64,000 bases of DNA from a virus (Duplodnaviria; Caudoviricetes). Numbering within the stretch: position 1 is the first letter of the stretch; the number at the start of each line of letters is the position of its first letter. Made by a program: the position numbers and the translations under genes. Positions 37,801-47,300 of the stretch are shown piece by piece. The notes under the pieces are model-generated. The model was not told where the DNA came from and did not search any database. It saw only the letters and a program-made list of their open reading frames with translations. The stretch spans positions 64,001 to 128,000 of the IMG/VR virus record IMGVR_UViG_3300012952_003952, one strand, 5' to 3'.

Positions 37801-38729
37801 GAAATGTTTATTCTAATTCTAATATTTCTTTTAATGGTACCAATTGTTCAGTTTCATCCCAGGCGTTTCCTTCTATAAATTATGCCGGTGGCGAAAATGA
37901 GACAAAAATTCTTCACCTAACTGGATCGGCGACGATTAATGCTAATTCTCTCCTAAATGAATCTATCACGGTAAGTTCTAACGTGCCTCATCCGCTTAAA
38001 TCGAATCTTTCTAGTGCGGGATCTCAATCTATTGCTGGCATTTTGATGTGGGCTTATTCTAATAATTCTACTACTACAGCTGAATATTTTAGAGCAGAAA
38101 ACTACAGGATTATATCTGGAAGCTATACAACACAAGCTTCAGTAACTGCTGGTGGAAACACTTGGGATTCTTCAAAGCATATGTCTGGTAGTAATGCTGG
38201 TTATGAAGATGGCTTAATGTTTTATAATAGACGACTTTATGCACCGGTTCAAGGTGGCGCTTCTGGAGATTTTAGAAATAGTACCGACGGAGGATCTATT
38301 GCTAACGGACCAGCAGACAATGTGAACTATAGCGGAATAACCAGTGGTACACGTACTTTCTATAGATATTTTCAAAATACCTCAGGCGGATCTCAAACTG
38401 GGTTTTCGTTAACTATTAATGGATCAGGAACTATAGTTTCTAATGGCACTTCTTTGGGAACTGGAAATATTTCTGTTTTAGTTAAGCTGCCAACAACATC
38501 CGCAGCTCAATCTACGGGGTGGATGGATTTGGCGCTAGCTTTTGCAACTGGGCAAATTAGTGACGGAGACGGATGCTTAGAGGGTAGTTTAGACTCTAGT
38601 TTAAATGCAACTAACACGGTTACTTTTGGTACAGTTTTCGTAGAAAGCAATGAATATGTAGTAGTTAAAATTTTAGCTGATGCATCTTTTACAGGCTACT
38701 CAAGCCAAATTTCAGTGAGCTGGAGCTAA
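34878..38729 (+). CDS. Tail fibre-like protein with internal repeats
   Basis: Repeats of N.LT.G.GL...tyDGSa.kT and SGSLT.L.DG.syl.AGSN. Gly/Ser/Thr-rich. Confidence 0.75.
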   Translation: MAIKKSTKKSSLKTTDFLKIKEGRSGAISKIVAPHDFQVGVGSDSYRSSLTSTGIIVAQRGFSGSLTRLEDGNPYLHAGSNIALATGSDGSITIAASGFSNNPLTATVAGGLFFDAGTTYDGSASKTLAIDIYQNRGLSIHPTAGLRIDFTSASSVAPATSDRVLIGDAGSSYNAKYCTINDILSLGSAGTLANAITLGNGIEDSAGGVSSYNNTAAITLAVTVSASSGLGVTSDGVRISPSTLPLATVATGDKVLIGDVSDSDNVKYVTAQSIANLATVGTLSNALTAGNGLQLNSGATFDGSAAKTISAKAADATISVGGSGISVLKVPNNLTSSRGISSFTYDGSSSGVGIQVAIDANGGLGFDAADALSLEISNLPSADITINDYIPFYDASGGTTAVSKTTANQLRTLISGDITSVTAGTGLTGGGSTGDLTLAINNNVVATISGSTFTGGVKFDTGLTGSLTKLPDGTSFLRAGSNVSLNTGSKGEITISAVAGGGGVADGNAKYLVLAATSSLSEERVFSMGTGLSASDGGAGNNYTVSVRDSIFASLTGSQFSGNVGVTGSIGSTSLVTSPAFSGSLTHLQDGTSFIKAGNNIQVATSSNGGITITGTVPAATTFFSSPANGYIVTTGSTSFAGSHGASYPTTNVGTDAFFFVSGTIGSANSSTAGTAVFSGDVVVSGTMYGTGTIGPAEDGVYTDGLFTDFISSTPIGTAIDRINEVLLGVAPSAAPALDDMGCGNTGTTAVLSFGSSQSISGYTNVQPSTLSSPSNTLSNIDINGTYSSTTSNNNIRAAAFAGSTTIEGVLNLDVSADGTNYPNYAFGNGDSGTLYLYVNNNSTAIHSTSLGSFASGNSLNTSGSGFISLGAATTGSFSDGSAFTIFQHRTGSFRVSTNDQRNGWNYARVTHVVGSTTNTCNYVSWVNDSDSNALSSDNSAFDSLSMTGLASLSGVKYNTAGSAQYRLRVLNAYRNVYSNSNISFNGTNCSVSSQAFPSINYAGGENETKILHLTGSATINANSLLNESITVSSNVPHPLKSNLSSAGSQSIAGILMWAYSNNSTTTAEYFRAENYRIISGSYTTQASVTAGGNTWDSSKHMSGSNAGYEDGLMFYNRRLYAPVQGGASGDFRNSTDGGSIANGPADNVNYSGITSGTRTFYRYFQNTSGGSQTGFSLTINGSGTIVSNGTSLGTGNISVLVKLPTTSAAQSTGWMDLALAFATGQISDGDGCLEGSLDSSLNATNTVTFGTVFVESNEYVVVKILADASFTGYSSQISVSWS
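36402..36590 (+). repeat. Copy 1 of a 189-nt (63-aa) coding module shared by two adjacent fibre genes
   Basis: AKYLVLAATSSLSEERVFSMGTGLSASDGGAGNNYTVSVRDSIFASLTGSQFSGNVGVTGSIG. Confidence 0.9.
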
Positions 38730-38738
38730 GGAGGGAAA

Positions 38739-40145
38739 ATGGGATTAAACGATACCACAGCAACTAAATTGTCTCTTAAGCGTCTCTCTGGAAAAGCCAT
38801 GACTTCAGACGAGAAGGGCGTTGCTAACGAAGCTTTACCTTCTAATGTAGTTATTTCTGCTCAGACTATATTTGGTAATGTTATACCTCCCAACCCTGTA
38901 GCTTCTTTTTATACAATAACTGATGGAAACGCTGAATACTTAAGACTTTCTGCTTCGTTTATTGCAGGTAGTGATACGTCAAGTGGTAGACACGCTTTTT
39001 CTCTCCAACTACCAGACGACTATGAAGCTAACAGCTCTAATCCGAAAAAGGGCACATACCCCTTTATAAATAAGCAGTCTATTCCGATCACCAGTGGATC
39101 TCTTCAGCTAATACCTACTTCCTTTGGCAATTCTTATGAGGCGCTGCCTTATCATACTGGATCTGGCCAAACACAAATACCAGTTTTAGATGCTAGAGAT
39201 TGGGTTCTAGATTATTTTTCTGGAATATTCTTTCAGCAAGACCCGCCTGGAACTGGAGACCAGTCTACAAACCCAAGATACGTAGATGCTTATCTTTACG
39301 TAGGAGATTTTTTAGTAGCTTCTACAGCATCTTCTGGCGGAGGCTCAGGAGATTCAGCAGCTGAATATCTTGTTTTAGCCGCAACAGGTTCTTTAAGCGC
39401 AGAAAGAGTTCTCGCGATGGGAACCGGTCTTTCATCGAGCGATGGAGGAGCAGGAGGAAATTATACGCTTAGTGTTAGAGATTCTATTTTTGCTTCTCTT
39501 ACAGGGTCTCAGTTTTCAGGTAATGTAGGAATCACCGGGTCTTTTGGAGCTACTTCTAACTCAATATTTGGAAATAACAGCAGTTTATCAGGAGTGGACA
39601 ATAACTTCTTCGTGTCTGGAGCTATTGACTCAAGAGGCACTTCAGCTAGAGGAACTTCAGTATTCGGCGGAGACATAGTAGCTTCTGGAGCTTTCGTAGC
39701 TCAAAATGGGCTTTCTGGATCCCTCACTCATTTAGTTGATGGATCATCCTATCTCATAGCTGGAAGTAACGTGACTATAACTACGGGTTCTTCTGGTGCT
39801 GTTACTATTGCGGCTTCTGGTGCCGGCAGCGGCGATATATCCGGCGTTATAGCTGGAGACGGTTTATCTGGCGGTGGATTAACTGGAACAGTTACCCTCA
39901 CAACTGCTCCAAGTTCTAGTATTTATTTTGTCACTTCATCTCACGGAGCTGGCAGCGAATTAATTGTTCCGAGTGCAAACTTTGCCAGGAATTCTTATGA
40001 TTTTGAAAAAACACAAATATTTGTTAACGGGAATTTAATGTTGTCAGGATCTAGTTTTGACTACAGTCTTTCGGGAACGAGTACTGGCATTAATTTTAAT
40101 TTTGCCTTGCGTAATGATGATATCGTAATAGTAAAATACCTTTGA
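38739..40145 (+). CDS. Tail fibre/appendage-like protein sharing modules with 34878..38729
   Basis: Contains a near-identical 63-aa block and the SGSLTHL.DG module. C-terminal FVNGNLMLSGSSFDY domain. Confidence 0.75.
   Translation: MGLNDTTATKLSLKRLSGKAMTSDEKGVANEALPSNVVISAQTIFGNVIPPNPVASFYTITDGNAEYLRLSASFIAGSDTSSGRHAFSLQLPDDYEANSSNPKKGTYPFINKQSIPITSGSLQLIPTSFGNSYEALPYHTGSGQTQIPVLDARDWVLDYFSGIFFQQDPPGTGDQSTNPRYVDAYLYVGDFLVASTASSGGGSGDSAAEYLVLAATGSLSAERVLAMGTGLSSSDGGAGGNYTLSVRDSIFASLTGSQFSGNVGITGSFGATSNSIFGNNSSLSGVDNNFFVSGAIDSRGTSARGTSVFGGDIVASGAFVAQNGLSGSLTHLVDGSSYLIAGSNVTITTGSSGAVTIAASGAGSGDISGVIAGDGLSGGGLTGTVTLTTAPSSSIYFVTSSHGAGSELIVPSANFARNSYDFEKTQIFVNGNLMLSGSSFDYSLSGTSTGINFNFALRNDDIVIVKYL
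39360..39548 (+). repeat. Copy 2 of the 189-nt (63-aa) coding module
   Basis: AEYLVLAATGSLSAERVLAMGTGLSSSDGGAGGNYTLSVRDSIFASLTGSQFSGNVGITGSFG. Confidence 0.9.
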
Positions 40146-40229
40146 AAATCAGTGATCTAGATCTTTTGATGATATATTTATTTTTGACGCGCACTACCCC
40201 CTACGCACTTTAAGTTTTAAGGTACTTTA

Positions 40230-40463
40230 ATGTTTGTAACAAATGATCTCGGACTTGCGGCTTATTTAATGATTAAAGGCCTGTGTCTGCTTGATGCTCG
40301 CATAGATTCATACGGAAGATATGTTTTCGAATTTAATGATTCTAAAAACGAAGCAAGAAAATTATCGATAGACTTTTTAAACTCTGATTGCGCTAAGTTT
40401 GATCAGCAGGTTAGAAATCTCAGAACGCTATTAAAAACTTCTGGAAATTCTAATTTACCGTAA
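40230..40463 (+). CDS. Small phage protein resembling DUF5659
   Basis: MFVTNDLGLAAYL...YVFEF matches the T.Dl.lAayL start I recall for this family. Confidence 0.55.
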   Translation: MFVTNDLGLAAYLMIKGLCLLDARIDSYGRYVFEFNDSKNEARKLSIDFLNSDCAKFDQQVRNLRTLLKTSGNSNLP

Positions 40464-40555
40464 TATTTACAAGTGTTAAGTTACTTTTAGTTTGTCCGTT
40501 TTTTTAAAGTTTAGTCCTTTTTACGTTTGCCTAATTACAAAAAAAGGAGTAAATA

Positions 40556-42733
40556 ATGGCGAATAGAACACAATTAAGAACCCAACAGGTGACTGCCTCA
40601 TTTGGTAATCCACTGTTAGGTCATATTAACGATAATCTTGCTGCTGCCGCTTCTGGTAGTATTGTTGCCGCAGATTTAACTGACGTTCTCAGTGTATCTC
40701 TTTCAGCAATCAAGAGAATCACGGGTGGTACTGACTTCTCAAGTGCTGCTGCTGGTGTATTCACACATGCACTTACCGACTTTTCTGGAGACATTAAAGT
40801 TACCGGTAACGACATCAAGGGAAGCACGGGTAATACTGCTCTAACCCTTTCTAACACTGACGTAACTGTTGCGGCAGGTTTGAAAATTATCAACAACGCA
40901 ATCACAGCTTCTGATAACGGTACCCCAATTGTTTGGGATGTTTCAGATAACGTAACTATTGGTGGAGATCTTCGAATCAACGGTAACGACATCAGCGACA
41001 GTGGTGGAAATACTCACATCACCTTTACTGCAGGTGCTGCTGGCCTTACAGCTGTAGCTGGAGACCTTAAAATAACCGGTAACTCCATCCAAGGCTCAGC
41101 CGGAAGTGATGCTATTGAGATAGACGGCACTGATGTCGAAGTACTTGGTGATCTTACAGTCACCGGTAACGATATTAAAGGTTCTGGCGGAACTGTTGTT
41201 ACATTCAACGGTGTTAACACTAGCTTAGCTGGTGACCTTACAGTTGTTGGTAACGACCTTGACTTCTCTGCTGGAAACGCTAATATTGGTGCGACAATCG
41301 GCGCAAACCAGCTTACGATTGGTGCTTCATCTACCACTACAGTGATTCCTGGTAGCTTAACTGTCCAGGGTACTACCACTACTATCGATACTACTAACTT
41401 AAACGTTAAAGATCCAGTTATCGCAATGGGTGTTGGTGCACAAGTTGCTAATAGCAACGGTGGTATCGCAATCATGTCCGGTTCTGCTGCTGGTACCGAT
41501 CTTGTCTTCGGACGTATCGCAAACGACACTTTTGGTGTTGGTATTCTTGATACTCAGAGCGGTTCTGTAACTTCGCTTGCAGCAATGGCAGTTACTAACT
41601 TACGTGCTGGAAGATATGAAGTAGATGGTGCTACTAACTACTTCGACATGGGTGGTGCTGATCTTAAAGTGGTCGCTGCTGCTGACGTTGCTATCGCCCC
41701 AGGTGGTGGACAGCTTATGGTAAGTGGTGGAATCCTCCCAGCGTCTAATGGTGCTGGAGCTCTAGGATCTAATGCGTTGCAGTGGTCAGATCTCTTCCTT
41801 CAAGAAGGTGCAGTAATTAACTTTGACAATGGTGATTTCACCATGACTCAAACTAACAATCTTCTCGCTCTCGCAGGTGGTAACACTCGTGTTGAAAGAT
41901 TAGAGATTGATACTGCTACTAACTACATTGATACGGTAGGTGCAGACCTTAACATTATTTCAGCTGGCGATCTTGTTATCAACCCAGGTGGTGGTGATGC
42001 ATATGTAGATGGAGACTTATTCCCATCTGCTTCTAACGGTGGAGCTCTCGGTAGTACGACGCTTCAGTGGTCAGATGCGTTCCTTGCTGCAGGTGCTGCT
42101 ATCAACTTTAGCAATGGTAACTTCGTAATGACTCACGGAGCTGCCGGTAGGTTAACCCTTAACGCTGGTAATAACCTCTGCTTTGGCGATCCTGGAGAAG
42201 CTATTTTCGGAGACGGTACCGACTTGTACGTATCTTCAAGTGGCGATCTAAACCTTATCGGAAGAGGTAATGACATCTCTTTCGTCGGTCAAGGAGCTGC
42301 CCCGGGAATGATGTTTAGTAGAGCTGCTGCCAATACTCAGTATCTTAACTTCTCAACCAATGATGCAGCTGCTATTACTGGCGGAACTACTGGCTTCGGT
42401 ATTCGTAATAATAACGGAACCATGCAGTTCAAGAATAATGGCGGTGATTGGGAGCCGTTTGGTGCAGGTGGATCTGCTGACAAGAAGACACTTCTAGTCA
42501 GTGGAGCTGGAGTACCAGCTAACGCTAGAGCGCACATCAGTGCATTTGATGTAAGTTCAATTCCAGTCGCAGATCGTCCAGATAGAATCGACGCATACGT
42601 TAATGGACAGCTTTTGCTCTCCGGAACGTCTGCCGATTATGTTCTCGATGAAGTTGCTGGAGCTAATGCATGCGATATCAGAGTTAAGTTCACCCTTGTT
42701 GATCAAGATGTTCTTACTGTTGTCGTTAGATAA
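40556..42733 (+). CDS. Repeat-rich fibre/appendage protein, probably abundant in the virion
   Basis: About six GD(L/I)x(V/I)xGN(D/S)I repeats at about 40787-41260, and two long repeats (ATNY...GALGS..LQWSD.FL..GA.INF.NG.F.MT). Strong AAGGAG RBS, own terminator, strongly biased codons. Confidence 0.8.
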   Translation: MANRTQLRTQQVTASFGNPLLGHINDNLAAAASGSIVAADLTDVLSVSLSAIKRITGGTDFSSAAAGVFTHALTDFSGDIKVTGNDIKGSTGNTALTLSNTDVTVAAGLKIINNAITASDNGTPIVWDVSDNVTIGGDLRINGNDISDSGGNTHITFTAGAAGLTAVAGDLKITGNSIQGSAGSDAIEIDGTDVEVLGDLTVTGNDIKGSGGTVVTFNGVNTSLAGDLTVVGNDLDFSAGNANIGATIGANQLTIGASSTTTVIPGSLTVQGTTTTIDTTNLNVKDPVIAMGVGAQVANSNGGIAIMSGSAAGTDLVFGRIANDTFGVGILDTQSGSVTSLAAMAVTNLRAGRYEVDGATNYFDMGGADLKVVAAADVAIAPGGGQLMVSGGILPASNGAGALGSNALQWSDLFLQEGAVINFDNGDFTMTQTNNLLALAGGNTRVERLEIDTATNYIDTVGADLNIISAGDLVINPGGGDAYVDGDLFPSASNGGALGSTTLQWSDAFLAAGAAINFSNGNFVMTHGAAGRLTLNAGNNLCFGDPGEAIFGDGTDLYVSSSGDLNLIGRGNDISFVGQGAAPGMMFSRAAANTQYLNFSTNDAAAITGGTTGFGIRNNNGTMQFKNNGGDWEPFGAGGSADKKTLLVSGAGVPANARAHISAFDVSSIPVADRPDRIDAYVNGQLLLSGTSADYVLDEVAGANACDIRVKFTLVDQDVLTVVVR

Positions 42734-42754
42734 TATTTATCTTAATTAATTCCT

Positions 42755-42788
42755 GTGGGGACCTCTTTTGGGGTCCCCACTTTTTTTT
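42755..42788 (+). terminator. Strong Rho-independent terminator
   Basis: GTGGGGACCTC-TTTT-GGGGTCCCCAC followed by T8. Confidence 0.92.
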
Positions 42789-42834
42789 ACTTTGGAGAGT
42801 AAAATAATATTTTTTATATGATTTTGGAGTAAAA

Positions 42835-43359
42835 ATGTCTAACGCTATTTCAAATAAAATTTTAGAGATTATTAAAAGTTCAGAGAAAGAAGTAGATCAA
42901 TGCGATTCTGATTTTTCTAAACTTTCAGATTCGTCTACACAAATTTCTGGCTTATGTAATTCTATAACTCAATTTTTAAAAAATTCTGTAGATGGAATAG
43001 TTCAAATAGAAGATGATCAAGAAAAGTTAGTTGTTCTTTTAAATGCTGTAAATCAACTGAATGATTTTGCTAGCAGATACCCTAGAGAAATGGAAAACAG
43101 CTTTATTTCGTTAAGAATTAAAAAAGAAGCGCACATAACAAATCTACAAAAACTAAAAATTCTTCATTCTGAGACACTGGCGTTAGAGAAAGAGCAAGAT
43201 AAGATAATGGAAGAGCTAGAATTAGGAAATTCCACTGCTAAAAAGTCTACTAAAGGTCGTCGAAAACCAGGAGAGAGACCGGTCAGTATAAAAAATAAGA
43301 GGAATTCCTTGCAAGATGTAAAAGATATTGATGGAGAAAGTAGTCTCGAAGATATTTAA
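42835..43359 (+). CDS. Hypothetical coiled-coil protein with a basic C-terminal patch
   Basis: 174-aa ORF with a GGAG RBS. Helical E/K/L pattern, then KKSTKGRRKPGERP. Confidence 0.7.
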   Translation: MSNAISNKILEIIKSSEKEVDQCDSDFSKLSDSSTQISGLCNSITQFLKNSVDGIVQIEDDQEKLVVLLNAVNQLNDFASRYPREMENSFISLRIKKEAHITNLQKLKILHSETLALEKEQDKIMEELELGNSTAKKSTKGRRKPGERPVSIKNKRNSLQDVKDIDGESSLEDI

Positions 43360-43376
43360 TCCAATAAGGGACCAAA

Positions 43377-44345
43377 ATGGCCGGAATATTAGACAACAAA
43401 AGCAGGGTGATGGATGTAATCATTACTCCCCTGGGAAGATCGCAGATGGCTTCTGGAAAGATGCGTATAGAATACGCTTCTTTTGCAGATAAATCTATAG
43501 TTTACACATCTAGTTCTTCTGGCGCTTTAGAAAATTTAGCGAATAGAGTTTATTTTGAAGCTGCTAGCAGCGAATACGACCAGATAATATACGAAATAGA
43601 TTCTGATGGAGACCTAGCACCATTCAGATCTGGAGAATATCAAATAAACTCCCAAGACGTTACGTATGTGAGCTCGTCTTCCGGTACTGCAATGCAGTTT
43701 ACCGGCAGCATAGATTTAATTGCGGAAGAGGTGTGTGCAAATGCTTTAAAACATTTTCAATCTCAGCAGATAATAGGAACTAGAGATTTATTTCGTGAAG
43801 ACCATGGATCTCTATTTAGCATTAGCCATACCACAGCATCTTTTAGAGCTACAAACACCTTTCCTCTTAATGTTTATGAAGAAATAACTGACGTCTATGT
43901 AGATGATATTCCAACGGTATTCCAGTCTTCTACATTTGGGCACCTTCCAAACTTTCAATATCTTCCTCCAATAACTAAACCATGGCAAGATCATCCAACT
44001 GGAAGCGAGCTTGGAAACTATAGTAGAATAAATAAACCTGCAGCAACTGAATGGTCTACTATGGAAAGTTATTTGTCAAAATTTGACAAACAAAGAGTAG
44101 AATTCACCGAAACATCTCAAGAAAACAATTTAATATGCCAGCTTTTTGAAGAGAGGTTTGTTAACACGACTGCTGAATCAAATTGCACTTTAGAAAAATT
44201 AGCTATTATAGATTATGGAACCTTTTCAATAGACACCGATAGTAATGCGCACATATTTTTTGCTGGAAAGATATTCAGAGACTCTGCAGGCTGTTTGTGT
44301 TTTGCGAATCTTTTAACTTTAGTTTTTAACGACGAGGAAGAATAA
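43377..44345 (+). CDS. Virion protein with a tail-collar-like (DUF3751-like) N-terminus
   Basis: MAGILDNKSRVMDVIITPLGRSQMASG...YASFAD parallels the N-terminus of 55798..56508. Confidence 0.6.
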   Translation: MAGILDNKSRVMDVIITPLGRSQMASGKMRIEYASFADKSIVYTSSSSGALENLANRVYFEAASSEYDQIIYEIDSDGDLAPFRSGEYQINSQDVTYVSSSSGTAMQFTGSIDLIAEEVCANALKHFQSQQIIGTRDLFREDHGSLFSISHTTASFRATNTFPLNVYEEITDVYVDDIPTVFQSSTFGHLPNFQYLPPITKPWQDHPTGSELGNYSRINKPAATEWSTMESYLSKFDKQRVEFTETSQENNLICQLFEERFVNTTAESNCTLEKLAIIDYGTFSIDTDSNAHIFFAGKIFRDSAGCLCFANLLTLVFNDEEE

Positions 44346-47300
44346 TGGGCGGTGGATTAGACGATCATCTTCTTGAAGAAGATCTCCGCGAATCTGGAGG
44401 GTCTTGTGTTATAGAGGGAACTTTAATCCAAACTATACGTGGATCGATTCCAGTAGAGTGGATTGAGATTGGAGACTTAGTTTATTCTTACGATTTTGAA
44501 AAGTCTGATTTCGGTTTTTTCAAAGTTTTAGGGTTAAATGTTCCAGTAGAGAAAAAAGTGTGGTCTACAGTAACTACTGAATTAGGTTACAAATTAAACT
44601 GTACTTTCGATCACCCTATCTTTAGCGACTCTATAGAAAGTGGAGAACTTCCAGTTAAAGATGCTGATATTGGATCTCCAGTATATGTTTTCGAAGATGG
44701 AAATCTGATAAAAGATTCTATAGCTTCTATAGAGGTTAAAAAATCTAAAGTTACAGTTTATAACTTTGAAGTTGACTGTGTCCACACGTATATTTCTGAT
44801 AATGTTTTATCTCATAACGCTTCTGCAAAAGGTGGTGGTTCTTCATTCTCAGCTTCTGGAGCTGCTGCAGGAGGTCCTTCCGGAGCTTCATACGGTATGT
44901 CCGGCGGATCTAGTGGCGCTTCTGCAGATTTAGCTGGAGTAGTTTTCATGGGAGATCTTGATCTTACTCCCGCTGAAGTGATCGGCCCCGCTTCACACGC
45001 TTTTGGAATGGGCGGAGGGGTGGTTTATATAGAAGATCCTGGTGACGCTTCATCAGTAGAATACGAGGGCGGTGGGTCATCACCGGACCCTGTAGAAGCT
45101 ATAATTACTGATTATGATCCGCGGCTCACATTTGATCCTAAGTATTTAACACATTATAACCAGACTCCTGTCGTCACCAATGTGGAGGTAATCCTTGTGG
45201 GCGAAGAAATAGCAGAGTCTAAGAACCATCAAATTACTATAGAGTGTACAGCATACATAGATGAACCTCGATGTTTTGGATTTGGAATAAGCCATATAGC
45301 GGCGCAATTGACGATTGGGGGTAGCGCTAGTCCAATTAGCTATTTTAAATCTACTAAAGCTTCTGCTGCATCAGCTATAATGTCTATTTCTTCTCCTACG
45401 CCTGGACCTAAAAAGCCAACTTATATGGAGATGCCAGAAACAGATACAGCAGTACACGTAGTTGGCCAAGACTATTGGAGCACAGTCAATTTTCCGGATT
45501 ATGGTTCATATGTATCCCACACAGACTACCCTCCAGACGAAGCATATCCAACTGCCGAATGGACGGAGGCAGATCATGGCAGCTCTGAATATAGTTACAG
45601 CACTTTCAATTTTTCCCGTTTTACTACTAGAGAAGGAATGGGCGCTTCATATTTAGCGTTTAGAAATATTGACCCCGCTCTTGTAAATGAATTATCTTCT
45701 CCAATAACAAATTGGTCAGCAATCACCGAAGGCACCATAACATCTCAGTTTAATGATAGCGTTTGGATGAATTTTTCTGAAGACACCCTTGCTTCAATTG
45801 ACGGCTGGTCTGCTCAAAATAAACAATCTCAGTCTTTACTTTACGAATATCAACGTGTAATGTCTGAATTCGACGCTGGCTCAGTGCCAGTAACTATTAA
45901 AAGATCTGCTCGACAAAGATTTACCCCAGTTAAATTTTATTTTTCAGCGATGATTAATGAACAACAATTGTATGATATTACTCATGAACAAGACATACGT
46001 TTAAAAATGCATATGATAAGTAAAGGCGAAAGCAAAGATTATGCTACTGATGATTACATGTTGACTTCATGCAACACGAGTTTGCAAGTCAACATTTGGA
46101 AAGCTGTAAAAGAGTGGAAAGCTGGAAAATTTTTTCCTGCTGAAATAAGCGTAAGTGGCGCTTCACAGTTTTCCAATAGTGATATTATCAATGTGATAAA
46201 CCCAAACTCTTTCTTTACAACTTATGTTTTACAAGAAAGTTATTACAATAGTGAATTATCAAAGTTTGAAAATAAAATTCATGGAGGCATTCTTGACCCT
46301 TATGCAGAGGTAGACATCACGTCTACTAACTCTTATAATCCAGGAGATTTAAGATTCTATAGAGTTACCTCTAGCACTACTCTTCACGAGCAAATAAAAA
46401 AAGTAAATGTCGCAGGTTTTAGTGAGCTCATAAGCGTGCCCGAGTATTTTTCAAGCATCATTATAAATATTGACGAAGCGGGCAATGCAGTTATTAATAA
46501 CATCCCTGAAAATTGTCTCTATATAGAATGGTATGCTTATAGGAAAGGGTGCCTTACACCAGCTTCGCCGCTATTTCCGGAAGGCGCAGCAGAGTATCAA
46601 GGTGTAATTGAAGGTAACCCAGAATTGTTAGAAGGAGAACCTCCCTCTGCCTTTGTAACTTCAGGTGGAACTGCAAAAAAATGGGAGGGTTCTCTCATGG
46701 AAGCCGAGCAAGACGGGTCTTGTTATTTGATTCAAATGATATTTAAAGATTTAATGGGGTCTGTTCTAGGTTGGTACGACGCAACATTTGAATCTAAATT
46801 AAATTTACCAGATCTCGGAGTAGAAACTATTGCTTTCACGGTACAAGAAGAATCAAGAAGTGAAGAGTTCGTAACATTTAAGATTTATGAAAGCAAATCT
46901 GGAAACCTTTCCACTGAAGCTATAGACACTATAATGGATTCATCTGCTTTGTCTGATTGGCAAAGTGAAGTAGACGAAATAAAGACACAAACAGGTACAG
47001 TTACTCAATATAAGGTAGTAAAAATCGACCCTGGGACAGGCTCAAGAACGACAATGCCCGACACATACTTTGCAGGCAGCACAGTTACTTGCGAGCTAAA
47101 TATGGCTACTGGCGAAAAAACACTTTTTGAGTTTAATTTAATGTACGCAAGCTTAGCCGAAAGTTCAAACAACACCGCAATAGAAACAGAGGCTGGTACC
47201 GGAACCGCTGCTACTGCAGATTATAGAGCAGGAGTGAGGTACCAATATAGTTACCTAGCCCAAGAAGTCAACTGGCCTCTCTTAAATTCAGACCACGCAT

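Noticed and set aside
44405-44818. Mobile homing intein
   Set aside because: There is no endonuclease domain and the +1 residue is Ala, so it is treated as a BIL-like Hint domain rather than a mobile element.
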